Shown: positions 1 to 8,526, counted from the first letter of the stretch. The stretch is 43,002 bases of DNA from a virus (IMGVR_UViG_2740892012_000013:1-43002), one strand, 5' to 3'. The notes: generated by a model not told the origin, from the letters alone. Numbers and translations: made by a program.

Positions 1-516
1 ATGAAATTTAAAAAATGTCTTCTGCCTGTGGCAATGTTAGCGTCATTCACTCTGGCAGGATGCCAGTCAAATGCTGATGATCATGCCGCCGATGTTTATC
101 AAACCGATCAACTGAATACCAAACAAGAAACTAAAACCGTTAATATTATTTCCATTCTTCCCGCAAAAGTTGCCGTAGACAACGCCCAAAATAAACGGAA
201 CGCACAAGCCTTCGGCGCGCTTATTGGCGCTGTCGCTGGCGGTGTTATCGGCCACAACGTCGGGTCTGGCAGCAATTCCGGAACGACGGCAGGTGCAGTT
301 GGCGGCGGAGCTGTAGGCGCGGCAGCGGGTTCTATGGTGAATGATAAAACCTTAGTGGAAGGTGTTTCTTTAACATATAAGGAAGGCACCAAAGTGTATA
401 CCTCCACCCAAGTGGGTAAAGAGTGCCAGTTTACGACAGGTTTAGCCGTTGTTATTACCACGACGTATAACGAAACGCGTATTCAGCCAAATACCAAATG
501 TCCTGAAAAGAGCTAA
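1..516 (+). CDS. Glycine-zipper lipoprotein (SlyB/Pcp-like architecture); probable host or moron gene
   Basis: ORF starts at window position 1; signal-like N-terminus with lipobox LAGC; Gly/Ala-rich zipper stretch (GALIGAVAGGVIGH...GAVGGGAVGAAAG). Family by eye only. Confidence 0.55.
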   Translation: MKFKKCLLPVAMLASFTLAGCQSNADDHAADVYQTDQLNTKQETKTVNIISILPAKVAVDNAQNKRNAQAFGALIGAVAGGVIGHNVGSGSNSGTTAGAVGGGAVGAAAGSMVNDKTLVEGVSLTYKEGTKVYTSTQVGKECQFTTGLAVVITTTYNETRIQPNTKCPEKS

Positions 517-531
517 TAATCAGGAGGAGTC

Positions 532-1071
532 ATGAAGAAAGTTTTTCTTTGCGCCATCTTAGCCTCCTTAAGCTATCCGGCTATCGCCTCATCATTGCAG
601 GATCAACTCTCGGCTGTCGCAGAAGCGGAACAGCAAGGTAAAAATGAAGAGCAAAGGCAGCATGACGAATGGGTCGCGGAGCGCAACAGGGAAATCCAGC
701 AAGAGAAGCAACGTCGCGCAAACGCCCAGGCCGCGGCTAATAAAAGAGCGGCAACGGCAGCAGCGAATAAGAAAGCTCGTCAGGATAAACTGGACGCCGA
801 AGCCACTGCGGACAAAAAACGCGATCAAAGTTATGAAGATGAGCTACGTAGCTTAGAGATTCAGAAACAAAAACTGGCGCTGGCGAAAGAAGAAGCCCGC
901 GTTAAGCGCGAAAACGAATTTATCGATCAGGAACTGAAGCACAAAGCTGCGCAAACCGATGTGGTGCAATCTGAAGCTGACGCAAACAGAAATATGACTG
1001 AAGGCGGTCGCGATCTGATGAAAAGCGTGGGTAAAGCAGAAGAGAATAAATCAGATAGCTGGTTTAACTAA
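532..1071 (+). CDS. Secreted coiled-coil protein, function unknown
   Basis: Strong SD (AGGAGG) 6 nt upstream of ATG; signal-peptide-like N-terminus (AIASS); highly charged K/E/Q/A-rich body typical of coiled coil; followed by terminator. Confidence 0.55.
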   Translation: MKKVFLCAILASLSYPAIASSLQDQLSAVAEAEQQGKNEEQRQHDEWVAERNREIQQEKQRRANAQAAANKRAATAAANKKARQDKLDAEATADKKRDQSYEDELRSLEIQKQKLALAKEEARVKRENEFIDQELKHKAAQTDVVQSEADANRNMTEGGRDLMKSVGKAEENKSDSWFN

Positions 1072-1115
1072 ACGATGTTAGTAACTTCAAACCTATAATT
1101 CTTTAGGATAAAAAA

Positions 1116-1142
1116 CCCTCTGTAGTAACAGAGGGTTTTGTT
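1116..1142 (+). terminator. Rho-independent terminator after the coiled-coil gene
   Basis: Stem CCCTCTG / CAGAGGG with 6-nt loop followed by TTTTGTT. Confidence 0.7.
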
Positions 1143-1265
1143 CATTCATAGTGCAGGGTCAAATCATTCCCACTCAATTATTTACGGCATGCATAACCAA
1201 TTGACTGGTAACAACTTTCTGTAACCTGATTTTCACCGTACCGTTTTATATACCGTCACCGGAAA

Positions 1266-1763
1266 TCAGTGCCACGATTTTTGCTTCTTCAGTGAATCGT
1301 ATTGCTGCTCGCAGAATTCCCCTGCGATACGATACTTTTCAGCCTCAGCTGCTGTTGCGTTGTAAACTCGGTTGCTTTCTTCAAGCATGTCGGCGAGCAC
1401 ACCGATGACCTTGCTGGCTGGCGTGCCAGGGGGGAAAGATCCGGTATAGTGTTCGGCGAGCCGCCTGGTTTTGTCAAGCTCGGCGCGCATGCTGTCAGCA
1501 GCGGAATTAGCATACTCAGCATCAGCACGCGCCGCATCGATACGGGATTGTGCTTCACGTTCAATTTGTGTTTTCTCCTGCTCACGCTGTGACCTTAACT
1601 TATCATCAGCCTGTTTCTGATCTTCCTTCGCCTGAGCATACCCGGCATCGTACTGGCGGCTGCCATGCACATTCCAGGCAACAACTCCTGATATGACCAG
1701 AACAGCAAGCATCGCCATGACAACCAACTGTTTCCGGTATGCTTTTGCGAATGCCCAGATCAT
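1266..1763 (-). CDS. Rz-like i-spanin (lysis)
   Basis: N-terminal TM segment then long charged coiled-coil; last gene of lysis cassette; start overlaps endolysin stop; contains an embedded out-of-frame lipoprotein ORF. Confidence 0.6.
   Translation of the reverse strand: MIWAFAKAYRKQLVVMAMLAVLVISGVVAWNVHGSRQYDAGYAQAKEDQKQADDKLRSQREQEKTQIEREAQSRIDAARADAEYANSAADSMRAELDKTRRLAEHYTGSFPPGTPASKVIGVLADMLEESNRVYNATAAEAEKYRIAGEFCEQQYDSLKKQKSWH
1289..1537 (-). CDS. Rz1-like o-spanin embedded in Rz (different frame)
   Basis: Internal ATG gives [17 protein letters not shown]... with lipobox LTAC and Pro-rich mature part ([18 protein letters not shown]); wholly inside 1266-1763 in another frame. Confidence 0.45.
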   Translation of the reverse strand: MRRVLMLSMLIPLLTACAPSLTKPGGSPNTIPDLSPLARQPARSSVCSPTCLKKATEFTTQQQLRLKSIVSQGNSASSNTIH

Positions 1764-2389
1764 ACCGCCAGCACCTTACTGGCAGTGATGTACCGCACGC
1801 GCCGGTCGTCGATGCCATTCCTGCCACCATTGATAATCAGAGTTACACGTGCAATATCGCCGGTATACTTCATGCAACCTTTGCTGGAGAAGAACCACGC
1901 CGCGCTACGAGCCGCGTATTCGTCCTGCGCCAACAGTTCAGGATTCTCCAGCAGGTCCACTTTCAGGCCGTTTCCGCAATCACGATAGTTATTCAAACCG
2001 GTAATCTGGATAAGTCCGCGGCCACGGTAATTCCAGCCATCACCAGAGGCATTGTTCCCCATGCGTTTGCTGTACACCAGATTGGCAATCGCACGCTGGC
2101 GCTCAGGTGGCAATGGTGGCTCGCCTGCACGACGACCCAATGCGTTAGCCTGTCCCTGAGTAAGACGACCGGCACGAACGAAGTTAGCCAGTCCGGTGAC
2201 GCTGTAATTGAAATTCTCCTGCAACCTGGTGAAGCCACCAGACTCATGCCCGACCTGAGCAATAAACATTGCCTGATCTTCGGGTTTTCTGATACCAAAC
2301 TCTTTCATCGCAGAAGTTATATGCGAGAACCAGCGTGCGGCCAGAGCCTCGCTAATACCAGCAGCTCGCTGGAATTGTTTAATCTCCAT
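1760..2389 (-). CDS. Endolysin, glycoside hydrolase family 19 (chitinase-like)
   Basis: From ATG at 2389 (SD GAGGT upstream): [20 protein letters not shown]...[12 protein letters not shown]...[16 protein letters not shown], matching GH19 phage lysozyme motifs. The longer ORF-track start at 2620 is unsupported. Confidence 0.8.
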   Translation of the reverse strand: MEIKQFQRAAGISEALAARWFSHITSAMKEFGIRKPEDQAMFIAQVGHESGGFTRLQENFNYSVTGLANFVRAGRLTQGQANALGRRAGEPPLPPERQRAIANLVYSKRMGNNASGDGWNYRGRGLIQITGLNNYRDCGNGLKVDLLENPELLAQDEYAARSAAWFFSSKGCMKYTGDIARVTLIINGGRNGIDDRRVRYITASKVLAV

Positions 2390-2687
2390 GTTTAGACCTC
2401 GATGTTTTGAAAATCTGAACAACGTTACCGCGTGTTTTAATAACCGCGGCAAGCATGACAGCGTTGATAATGACCTCAGATAAATCCACAGCCATTGGCG
2501 TACGTAACCAGATTGCATAGGCGACACGAACAGGAATACTGGCCGCAGCAACAATAAGGAAATAAGCAAGCCACCCTCCCCATCTTCGATGTTGAGAGCC
2601 GTTACGCCGGAATGTGACAACGCGAATTGCTATGCCAGTACAAATAATTGCATTGGTGATAAGCAAAACAAGCTCATTAGTTACCAT
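2379..2687 (-). CDS. Holin (small multi-TM membrane protein)
   Basis: About 100 aa with several hydrophobic segments; SD GGGAGAAAAGG upstream; immediately upstream of and overlapping the endolysin. Confidence 0.6.
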   Translation of the reverse strand: MVTNELVLLITNAIICTGIAIRVVTFRRNGSQHRRWGGWLAYFLIVAAASIPVRVAYAIWLRTPMAVDLSEVIINAVMLAAVIKTRGNVVQIFKTSRSKHGD

Positions 2688-3078
2688 CGCCTTTTCTCCC
2701 AGGAATTAACTGGCGTGGATTATCAGAACGGTGATAGAGCCATATACCAATTCGCACTGCGACAATTGCTGACACGAATGCGCCAGCAGAGAAAACAATC
2801 CCTTTCTCGAAAGAGTCCTGCGTGATGGTAGGTATCATGCTGGCTATTCCGATAAGAATTGATGTTGTTGGTTTGTAAAAGAGAAGACCACAAAGAAAGC
2901 TGAGTATCGACAAGAGTACACGACGACGAACAGGATACTCTACAGCAGAGGTAACAAATATTACCGCACCAGCCAGAGCACCGAGAGCCACCTCTGGCGG
3001 AACGCCGTAGACGACAGAGGCCAGCGCACCCAAGCTTAACCCTTGATTCAGTGAATCCGCCGTAACCGTGCCATTCAT
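2677..3078 (-). CDS. Second lysis-cassette membrane protein (holin/antiholin-like)
   Basis: Multi-TM, Gly/Ala-rich hydrophobic protein; ATG at 3078 has SD GGTGG 5 nt upstream; overlaps next holin start. Confidence 0.5.
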   Translation of the reverse strand: MNGTVTADSLNQGLSLGALASVVYGVPPEVALGALAGAVIFVTSAVEYPVRRRVLLSILSFLCGLLFYKPTTSILIGIASMIPTITQDSFEKGIVFSAGAFVSAIVAVRIGIWLYHRSDNPRQLIPGRKGDGN

Positions 3079-3175
3079 GGTAACCACCGTTTATTGTGCA
3101 TAAAAACCCCCTTAGAAGATGAGGTCCATCATACACAATAAACCATTTACGGATAATAATTACCTAAATTTGGTC

Positions 3176-5827
3176 TTATTTTGATTCCAATAGTTCGAGT
3201 CGCTCTTCAATACGATCGCATCGACGGCGCTGATATGCAGCCTCAAGCCAAGCGCACTGGTCAGGCCGTATACCCCATGAACTACCCGCTTTTTTAACCA
3301 GCCTCTGTTCTCCGGTGTCATATTCGACGGTGACCAACTCACCAGACGTATCGGTAATCTCTTTAGTCGCGATTACCGGCTCAAAAATATCATCCCACTC
3401 GTCATAGCAAAGAAGGCCAAATCTGGTTCCATCAATTCCGTGCGCCAAGAATACATCCCTTACCTGCTGAGCCATGACGCCAAAATGCCATCTGGCACCA
3501 TCGCCCTTCATGGATATAGCGTCGAGCCATCGATACGCCACAACAGAAATATCGCCCCAGGCATCAAGAATGCTGTCTCTATCAGAAGAAAGCATTTCAC
3601 TTAAATCTGATATTGCCTCGGGATTGGTTTTCAGCGTGGCATCTGATGAAACGGTTGGGGCATTTGCAAAGTAGGCGTCTTTAATACGAAACGATGCCTG
3701 ACCAAAATTATAGGTATTGTCAGCAAACGGGCGAAGACCTGTATCATAAAACCGCCAGCGTATGGTTCCTCCCAATGCTGTCGGGTCGCTGTTGCATGCA
3801 ATATCCACCGTGGTGGCAGACCTAAACACAGAAGAACTACCGCCCAATACCAAGCTATTTGCGCTAGCTGTAGCCTGCTGGTCAAGGACCAATATTTTCT
3901 GAGAGTTTGTAGTTGCACCGGCATATGATGATGCAGTGATGCGGTTTAATTGGTTTGTATCAGGATCTGCGTTTTGCTGAATGGTTAAGTTAGATGCCCA
4001 CTGTGCCGGTCGCTGGCGCACAAATACAAAGTCACCAGAAGGATTAGTTGCAACCAAATAACTAATGCCACTATCAGATGAATAATAGTTGACTATAAAA
4101 GTCTGATTATTCGCATTCAGTATTTCAACATATGTGCTGGAAGGGATTGCCACGCCAGATATATCAGCAATGCTGACAGTCCCTGTGTAAAAATTAAATG
4201 CCTTCTGACTCATCTCCTGCATATAGCGAAGAATTTCAGTCATGTTAGTGAACAACGTACCATCTACAGGGTTAACAATCCCCTTCGCACTACGGGGATA
4301 TACCCCAATGCTCGCGTGATCGATATCAAATCCGCGGTAAAGCCTGGATGCAGGTGTAAAATCGATAGCATCTTTATCAGTGGAGAAATCTTCGAAAATA
4401 ACCAAACCTGAATTGTAAGGTTCAGAGCCAGTTCTTTCCTGATGAATGTAAAGTGAATAAATGGATTTTCCATCCTGAGAAACACAAACGCCTTCATTTT
4501 CTATGCGAGTGACGTTCAATCCTGCGGCTTTCATTAAATCCATCATGGCCTGAGGATGAAGCATTGATTCAGTTCGCTTTGTACCGTCAGGGTTAAAAAC
4601 TTTGCTGCCCTGATATTCGTTATATCCTGCGCTTCCTGCCCCATCAGCTATGAAGCCGCCATAGCCGCAGACAAAGTAGTTATCACCTACCGCAATACCC
4701 TGACGCTTGTTGAAATAAGGCGCATAAGGTGAGGTGCTTTTAGTTACATACCCAACATCATGTAACGGCAGCGTTATAGTTGACAGGCGATTGAAACCAC
4801 TGTCGAACACTGCAAGTACAGTTCTTGTGATTTTCTGTCCTACTTCTGGCGCATTCTGCTCAACGAGCCATATACCTCTTCTGTAGCTGAACTGGTTGAA
4901 TAATCCAACATCATGGTTTTGTACAAGAGGCAGATTGCTTCCGTATAATGCCCCCTCCATATTAAATTCACGCAGTATTCCGTTTGTGTGACCAACAAAC
5001 ATTTTTTTGGGGCCATAGTCTGACGTAACCACGATTCCTTCAGCAGCGAAGCCTGGGCCGCCAGCCTGAACATAGAAATAACCTTGATAAATACCAGATA
5101 TGTTAAATACTGCGACGACATTATTCGTCTGTTTAGGCTCAAATGGATAAGTGATGTATATCAAATCTTCGCTAACGCAGAATCCTTGAGGATACATATA
5201 AGTTGCTGACGGGTTAGCAGCCATAATCGCATCATATTCAGGAAAAAGAAGCGGCATCGTAGCTACAATCTTTCTTTGGTGATTTGTAAAAATATCGTTT
5301 TTAGCGCTGTTAGGTGTAGGCGTTACACCTCCAGTAAAAAGATCATCAACATAACCTTTATTGACAGCATCGTTTCTGTCAGTGGCATTTGCTAGATTTG
5401 ATATCTTATTATTTTTTGCATCATAATAGTTAGCCAGAATGCTTGGTTTTATAAGTGCTAACCTCATCCATGAAAAACACTTTTGAATAAGCATTGTCAG
5501 TTTATCGAACGCGTCTTCATGTACCTCAGCGAAGAACTTACCCTGATTACGCAAATCAGTATCCTGCGTAACCGGGAGCTCTCGTGATATAGAAATATGA
5601 TAACCGTTAGCCAACGCCTTCGACAGAATTACATTACCGCCATTATATCCTCCAGCATTGGTTACTGTGTAGTCAGTATCCAGAACCAATTCTGTTACGT
5701 TCCCGTTCAGGTCAGACACCTGAACAACCAGGTCGGATTTTTTGAAAATACGGAAGGTATACGGAAATGATGTCGTAGCTCCGTTACCGGTGTATTCGTT
5801 GTGGTCAACTTCGGTTGAGACCGTCAT
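3176..5827 (-). CDS. Tailspike/tail fibre with central receptor-binding or depolymerase region and C-terminal intramolecular-chaperone-like domain
   Basis: 883 aa; N-terminus MTVSTEVDHNEYTGNGATTSFPYTFRIF resembles conserved podovirus tailspike particle-binding domains (from memory); SD GGAGAT upstream; C-terminal ~150 aa look like a self-cleaving chaperone module. Confidence 0.8.
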   Translation of the reverse strand: MTVSTEVDHNEYTGNGATTSFPYTFRIFKKSDLVVQVSDLNGNVTELVLDTDYTVTNAGGYNGGNVILSKALANGYHISISRELPVTQDTDLRNQGKFFAEVHEDAFDKLTMLIQKCFSWMRLALIKPSILANYYDAKNNKISNLANATDRNDAVNKGYVDDLFTGGVTPTPNSAKNDIFTNHQRKIVATMPLLFPEYDAIMAANPSATYMYPQGFCVSEDLIYITYPFEPKQTNNVVAVFNISGIYQGYFYVQAGGPGFAAEGIVVTSDYGPKKMFVGHTNGILREFNMEGALYGSNLPLVQNHDVGLFNQFSYRRGIWLVEQNAPEVGQKITRTVLAVFDSGFNRLSTITLPLHDVGYVTKSTSPYAPYFNKRQGIAVGDNYFVCGYGGFIADGAGSAGYNEYQGSKVFNPDGTKRTESMLHPQAMMDLMKAAGLNVTRIENEGVCVSQDGKSIYSLYIHQERTGSEPYNSGLVIFEDFSTDKDAIDFTPASRLYRGFDIDHASIGVYPRSAKGIVNPVDGTLFTNMTEILRYMQEMSQKAFNFYTGTVSIADISGVAIPSSTYVEILNANNQTFIVNYYSSDSGISYLVATNPSGDFVFVRQRPAQWASNLTIQQNADPDTNQLNRITASSYAGATTNSQKILVLDQQATASANSLVLGGSSSVFRSATTVDIACNSDPTALGGTIRWRFYDTGLRPFADNTYNFGQASFRIKDAYFANAPTVSSDATLKTNPEAISDLSEMLSSDRDSILDAWGDISVVAYRWLDAISMKGDGARWHFGVMAQQVRDVFLAHGIDGTRFGLLCYDEWDDIFEPVIATKEITDTSGELVTVEYDTGEQRLVKKAGSSWGIRPDQCAWLEAAYQRRRCDRIEERLELLESK

Positions 5828-5930
5828 GTTAAATCTCCAGATAGTCGCAGCACCCGTTGCGCCGCATATCTGGTTATTCTATTACCTGGAAAACCACATA
5901 TGGATAGAAAGGCTGTAAATACGAATAGAT

Positions 5931-5947
5931 ATTACCTTTCAGGTAAT
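5931..5947. promoter_or_regulatory. Operator-like 17-bp palindrome ATTACCTTTCAGGTAAT (perfect)
   Basis: Perfect 7-bp inverted repeat with 3-bp spacer; one of about 12 related sites in the window; in the divergent region between tailspike and the 6023 gene. Confidence 0.6.
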
Positions 5948-5983
5948 TTGCAAAACGTGCTGGATAGCAAACAAATTATTTGC

Positions 5984-6003
5984 TACTGTATAAATATACA
6001 GTT
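5984..6003. promoter_or_regulatory. LexA (SOS) box candidate TACTGTATAAATATACAGTT
   Basis: CTGT-N8-ACAG with AT-rich spacer, about 17/20 to the E. coli consensus TACTGTATATATATACAGTA; ends 20 bp upstream of the ATG at 6023. Confidence 0.65.
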
Positions 6004-6022
6004 ATTGCATGGAGAAGATAAG

Positions 6023-6280
6023 ATGCAGCAGTATCACTATCCACTGGAAGACGGATTTACCGAAAGGATTCACACGCCGGGAGGCGTCAGGTCACTGGTG
6101 GAGGGATCGCACTTGATGAAATTACTCCGGGATCTCGATAAGGATGGATTTAATGTCGATGGCCCACTTGCCGAACTGACTGCACTGATTAACTACGTCA
6201 CCAGCTCACAGATGTCTATGCAGGATCTGCAAACACATCTCGACTATTGTGCCGAACAATTACGAAAACAAACCACATAA
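6023..6280 (+). CDS. Small protein homologous to the shared C-terminal domain of the two antirepressors (ORF6C-like); candidate SOS-controlled antirepressor module
   Basis: SD GGAGAAG before ATG; 85 aa ...RIHTPGGVRSLVEGSHLMKLLRDLDKDGFNVDGPLAELTALINYV... aligns with ...SLIHSPSGVLGLTENSLLMNLLNQLQEDGHDVSGAAAELTTMFCYIV... of 7749-8444 and 9710-10648. Confidence 0.5.
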   Translation: MQQYHYPLEDGFTERIHTPGGVRSLVEGSHLMKLLRDLDKDGFNVDGPLAELTALINYVTSSQMSMQDLQTHLDYCAEQLRKQTT

Positions 6281-6286
6281 AGAAAA

Positions 6287-6302
6287 GGCCGCGAAAGCGG
6301 CC
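6287..6302. terminator. Hairpin GGCCGCGAAAGCGGCC between convergent genes (bidirectional terminator candidate)
   Basis: Perfect 6-bp GC stem with GAAA loop just after the stop at 6280 and just before the stop at 6304; identical hairpin recurs at 9643-9658. Confidence 0.45.
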
Positions 6303-6303
6303 A

Positions 6304-6810
6304 TTAACAGTCGTAAAATTCTGGGTCCCACAAACTTGCATCGCGCGGCATGGATTCTAACTTTTTCAGCCGCAAAATTCTGTCACACTCGACAACTAAT
6401 TTTTGCTTCTGCTCGTCAATTTCTACTGTCTTATGCGCTGGTTCATCCCAATAATCCAGAAGGAAGGCATGGCGTTCAGATGTGACCAGATAAATCACAT
6501 ACACGTCACTGGTTGGGATCTTTTTATGCTTGTTAGTGGTCTTGTCTTTCTTCCCAGACGCCCAGTTTTTCCAGCATTGTTCCGTACCGCTCTCACCAAA
6601 CTTGTCAGTATAGTTTCCGATGTTTAAGTGAACGTGGCGTATGTGATATTCCAGCATCTCTTTCGGTGGATCTCGAAACAGAGTGTCCTTTCCGAAATCC
6701 TTATGATGACCGTAGCGCCAGTGATCTATGAACGCGTTTTTGATAGGTATTAGCTCAGGGTCCTTCCCAAAAATTCCAGGGTGAACCAACCCCTGGAATT
6801 TATTCGGCAT
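6304..6810 (-). CDS. YafO-family-like toxin candidate (paralog 1)
   Basis: From ATG at 6810: ...FIDHWRYGHHKDFGKDTLFRDP...HIRHVHLNIGNY...YVIYLV...AFLLDYWDEPAH; pattern matches my recollection of E. coli YafO (GRDALYD...RVAHIHL...HLVYC...WLLIAILKPEPH). Paralog of 8881-9393. Confidence 0.55.
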   Translation of the reverse strand: MPNKFQGLVHPGIFGKDPELIPIKNAFIDHWRYGHHKDFGKDTLFRDPPKEMLEYHIRHVHLNIGNYTDKFGESGTEQCWKNWASGKKDKTTNKHKKIPTSDVYVIYLVTSERHAFLLDYWDEPAHKTVEIDEQKQKLVVECDRILRLKKLESMPRDASLWDPEFYDC

Positions 6811-7327
6811 CGTCGTAGAGCTCCTGAGCCATGTCTTCAGCAGTGCGTGCAAACATCCTGCGCGAGATTGCATGGGATTTCTCTACGGACATCTTTGGGA
6901 CCTCATGCATAACAAGTTGATGAGTTTTCTCATCAACTTGAAGTGGCTTGTATAAACGTTGCCACCTTTCGTTAATTTTATCCTTAAAGCCAGCGAAACC
7001 ACTTTCCTGACTCTTGTATCCAAAATGAGATAAAGCCAAATTCCTTTCCATTTCATTCCTAATGTACTCAGCAAGGTTGCAGTGGAATACTTCCCCTTGT
7101 TTTTTTAGGCATGCTTCATGGTCTGTAACACTGTGACGGCTCTCATATAAGTAAATGCGATAGGAATTTTTATTATCCTCTTCTTCATAATTTCTAATCG
7201 CATCAGCAGTTGCCATAGCTGCAGCATAAGCGGCTGCTTCAATCACCATCTCTTGCTCTTTTTCTTTTTCAGGCCTTTTCAAGGCAAAGCGTCTATGCCT
7301 CATCGCTGTAACTCTCTTCGTGTTCAT
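6800..7327 (-). CDS. Hypothetical protein, upstream partner of YafO-like paralog 1 (candidate antitoxin/regulator)
   Basis: ATG at 7327 with SD GGGGGTG; 175 aa, acidic C-terminus; 3' end overlaps toxin-candidate start by 11 nt; no family recognised. Confidence 0.45.
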   Translation of the reverse strand: MNTKRVTAMRHRRFALKRPEKEKEQEMVIEAAAYAAAMATADAIRNYEEEDNKNSYRIYLYESRHSVTDHEACLKKQGEVFHCNLAEYIRNEMERNLALSHFGYKSQESGFAGFKDKINERWQRLYKPLQVDEKTHQLVMHEVPKMSVEKSHAISRRMFARTAEDMAQELYDDAE

Positions 7328-7338
7328 GGGCACCCCCA

Positions 7339-7355
7339 ACTACCTTTAGGGTAAA
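7339..7355. promoter_or_regulatory. Operator-like palindrome, imperfect (ACTACCTTTAGGGTAAA)
   Basis: Matches ATTACCT-N3-AGGTAAT at most positions; immediately upstream of the 7327 start. Confidence 0.4.
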
Positions 7356-7463
7356 CATTCTATCGAAAGTATACGCTCACTGGCAAAAAAATAGGCAGGT
7401 ATTTTCTGAAATGGGATCAATCAAACCACATAGGGTTGAAATGACGTGAGTTATGCATTTATC

Positions 7464-7480
7464 ATTACCTTTGCGGTAAA
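7464..7480. promoter_or_regulatory. Operator-like palindrome (ATTACCTTTGCGGTAAA)
   Basis: Left half-site perfect, right half 5/7; in the 7328-7748 divergent intergenic region. Confidence 0.45.
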
Positions 7481-7571
7481 TTTACATTGCACTCCTCTTG
7501 TGCCATAGTAATCGGGCACTGGCAAAATCCAGTGCCGGGATTGGCGTTCCGGATTACTAAAAGGCGCATTC

Positions 7572-7591
7572 ACCGCGCAAGCGGTTTTTTT
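7572..7591 (+). terminator. Intrinsic terminator-like hairpin inside the 5' intergenic region of the Bro-N gene
   Basis: ACCGC-GCAA-GCGGT stem-loop followed by TTTTTTT; preceded by a longer hairpin (GGCACTGG...CCAGTGCC at about 7515-7540). Confidence 0.5.
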
Positions 7592-7748
7592 ATGCGTATA
7601 GCACGGCCACATTCGTATTATGGTGGGCTGTGTGGGGGCACCGAAAGGTGCGCCGGGTCCTTTTAGCCGGTTACGCCAACCCTGCACAGTTCACCACCAA
7701 CCGATTGGCGTCGGTAGTGGTGATTAACCAGACTAAAAGGTAACCACT

Positions 7749-8444
7749 ATGACAGCTACAAAAAGCACGTCCATTTTTTCTTTCGAATCCCAAGCCGATA
7801 TACGAGTAATCGTCATAAATGGTGAGCCATGGTTTATCGCTTCAGATGTTTGTCGGGCTATAGGCATAGCAAACCATCGAGATGCTGTTCGAAAACTTGA
7901 TGATGATGAGAAGGGCGTCGCTTCAACCGACACCCCTGGCGGTGAGCAAGAATCGATCATCATCTCCGAGTCAGGCCTCTACACACTGATCCTCCGCTGC
8001 CGCGACGCAGTGACACCAGGCACTATCCCCTACCGCTTTCGTAAATGGGTTACAGGTGAGGTTCTTCCTCAGATCCGCCGCACCGGAAGTTACATTAAAA
8101 ACTCGCTCCCGCAGGAAGAACGCATAAAGATGGTTGCCGACCAGGTAGCCAACGCCACAGCATCAGCAGTGATGCAGGCAATGAAGATAGAGAACAAAAC
8201 CTACAGCGCCCCACTGAAGCCCGGCTACCGCAGTTTGATTCACTCGCCGTCTGGTGTTCTCGGCCTGACGGAGAACTCACTGCTGATGAATCTGCTGAAC
8301 CAGTTACAGGAAGACGGGCACGACGTATCGGGCGCGGCGGCGGAGCTGACCACCATGTTCTGCTACATCGTCGGTGTGAGCAAATGCCTGCGTGATATCC
8401 AGACCCACGCGGAGTACATCAACGACAAGGCAGGGTTCTTCTGA
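7749..8444 (+). CDS. Antirepressor with N-terminal Bro-N domain and shared C-terminal (ORF6C-like) domain
   Basis: N-terminus FSFESQADIRVIVINGEPWFIASDVCRAIGI...ESGLYTLILRC...PYRFRKWVTGEVLPQIRRTGSY is a classic Bro-N signature; C-terminal ~75 aa near-identical to that of 9710-10648. Confidence 0.75.
   Translation: MTATKSTSIFSFESQADIRVIVINGEPWFIASDVCRAIGIANHRDAVRKLDDDEKGVASTDTPGGEQESIIISESGLYTLILRCRDAVTPGTIPYRFRKWVTGEVLPQIRRTGSYIKNSLPQEERIKMVADQVANATASAVMQAMKIENKTYSAPLKPGYRSLIHSPSGVLGLTENSLLMNLLNQLQEDGHDVSGAAAELTTMFCYIVGVSKCLRDIQTHAEYINDKAGFF
8211..8444. repeat. Left arm of ~234-bp near-identical inverted repeat (3' end of Bro-N antirepressor gene)
   Basis: Reverse complement of 9710-9943 with only a handful of mismatches by eye. 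Confidence 0.8.
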
Positions 8445-8509
8445 CGAGCGGCGGCACAGGGATGTGCCTTTAAAATAATCATTGGCGATGTGATGTAGAT
8501 TCGCGTAAT

Positions 8510-8526
8510 ATTACCTTAAAGGTAAA
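8510..8526. promoter_or_regulatory. Operator-like palindrome ATTACCTTAAAGGTAAA
   Basis: Near-perfect inverted repeat about 40 bp upstream of the 8568 start codon. Confidence 0.55.

Noticed and set aside
1143-1265. Prophage attachment site / left boundary
   Set aside because: The boundary probably lies here, but without the other end (beyond 43002) no att core repeat can be identified.
3159-3165. Isolated ATTACCT half-site downstream of the tailspike gene
   Set aside because: Only one half-site with no matching inverted partner at the right spacing; likely chance.
5900-6280. Longer 126-aa ORF starting at 5900
   Set aside because: It would run through the operator palindrome and the LexA box; the internal ATG at 6023 has a good SD and gives exactly the antirepressor-C-terminal homology.
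7451-7687. 78-aa minus-strand ORF in the Bro-N upstream region
   Set aside because: Implausible composition, no RBS, and it coincides with hairpin and terminator structures; more likely non-coding.
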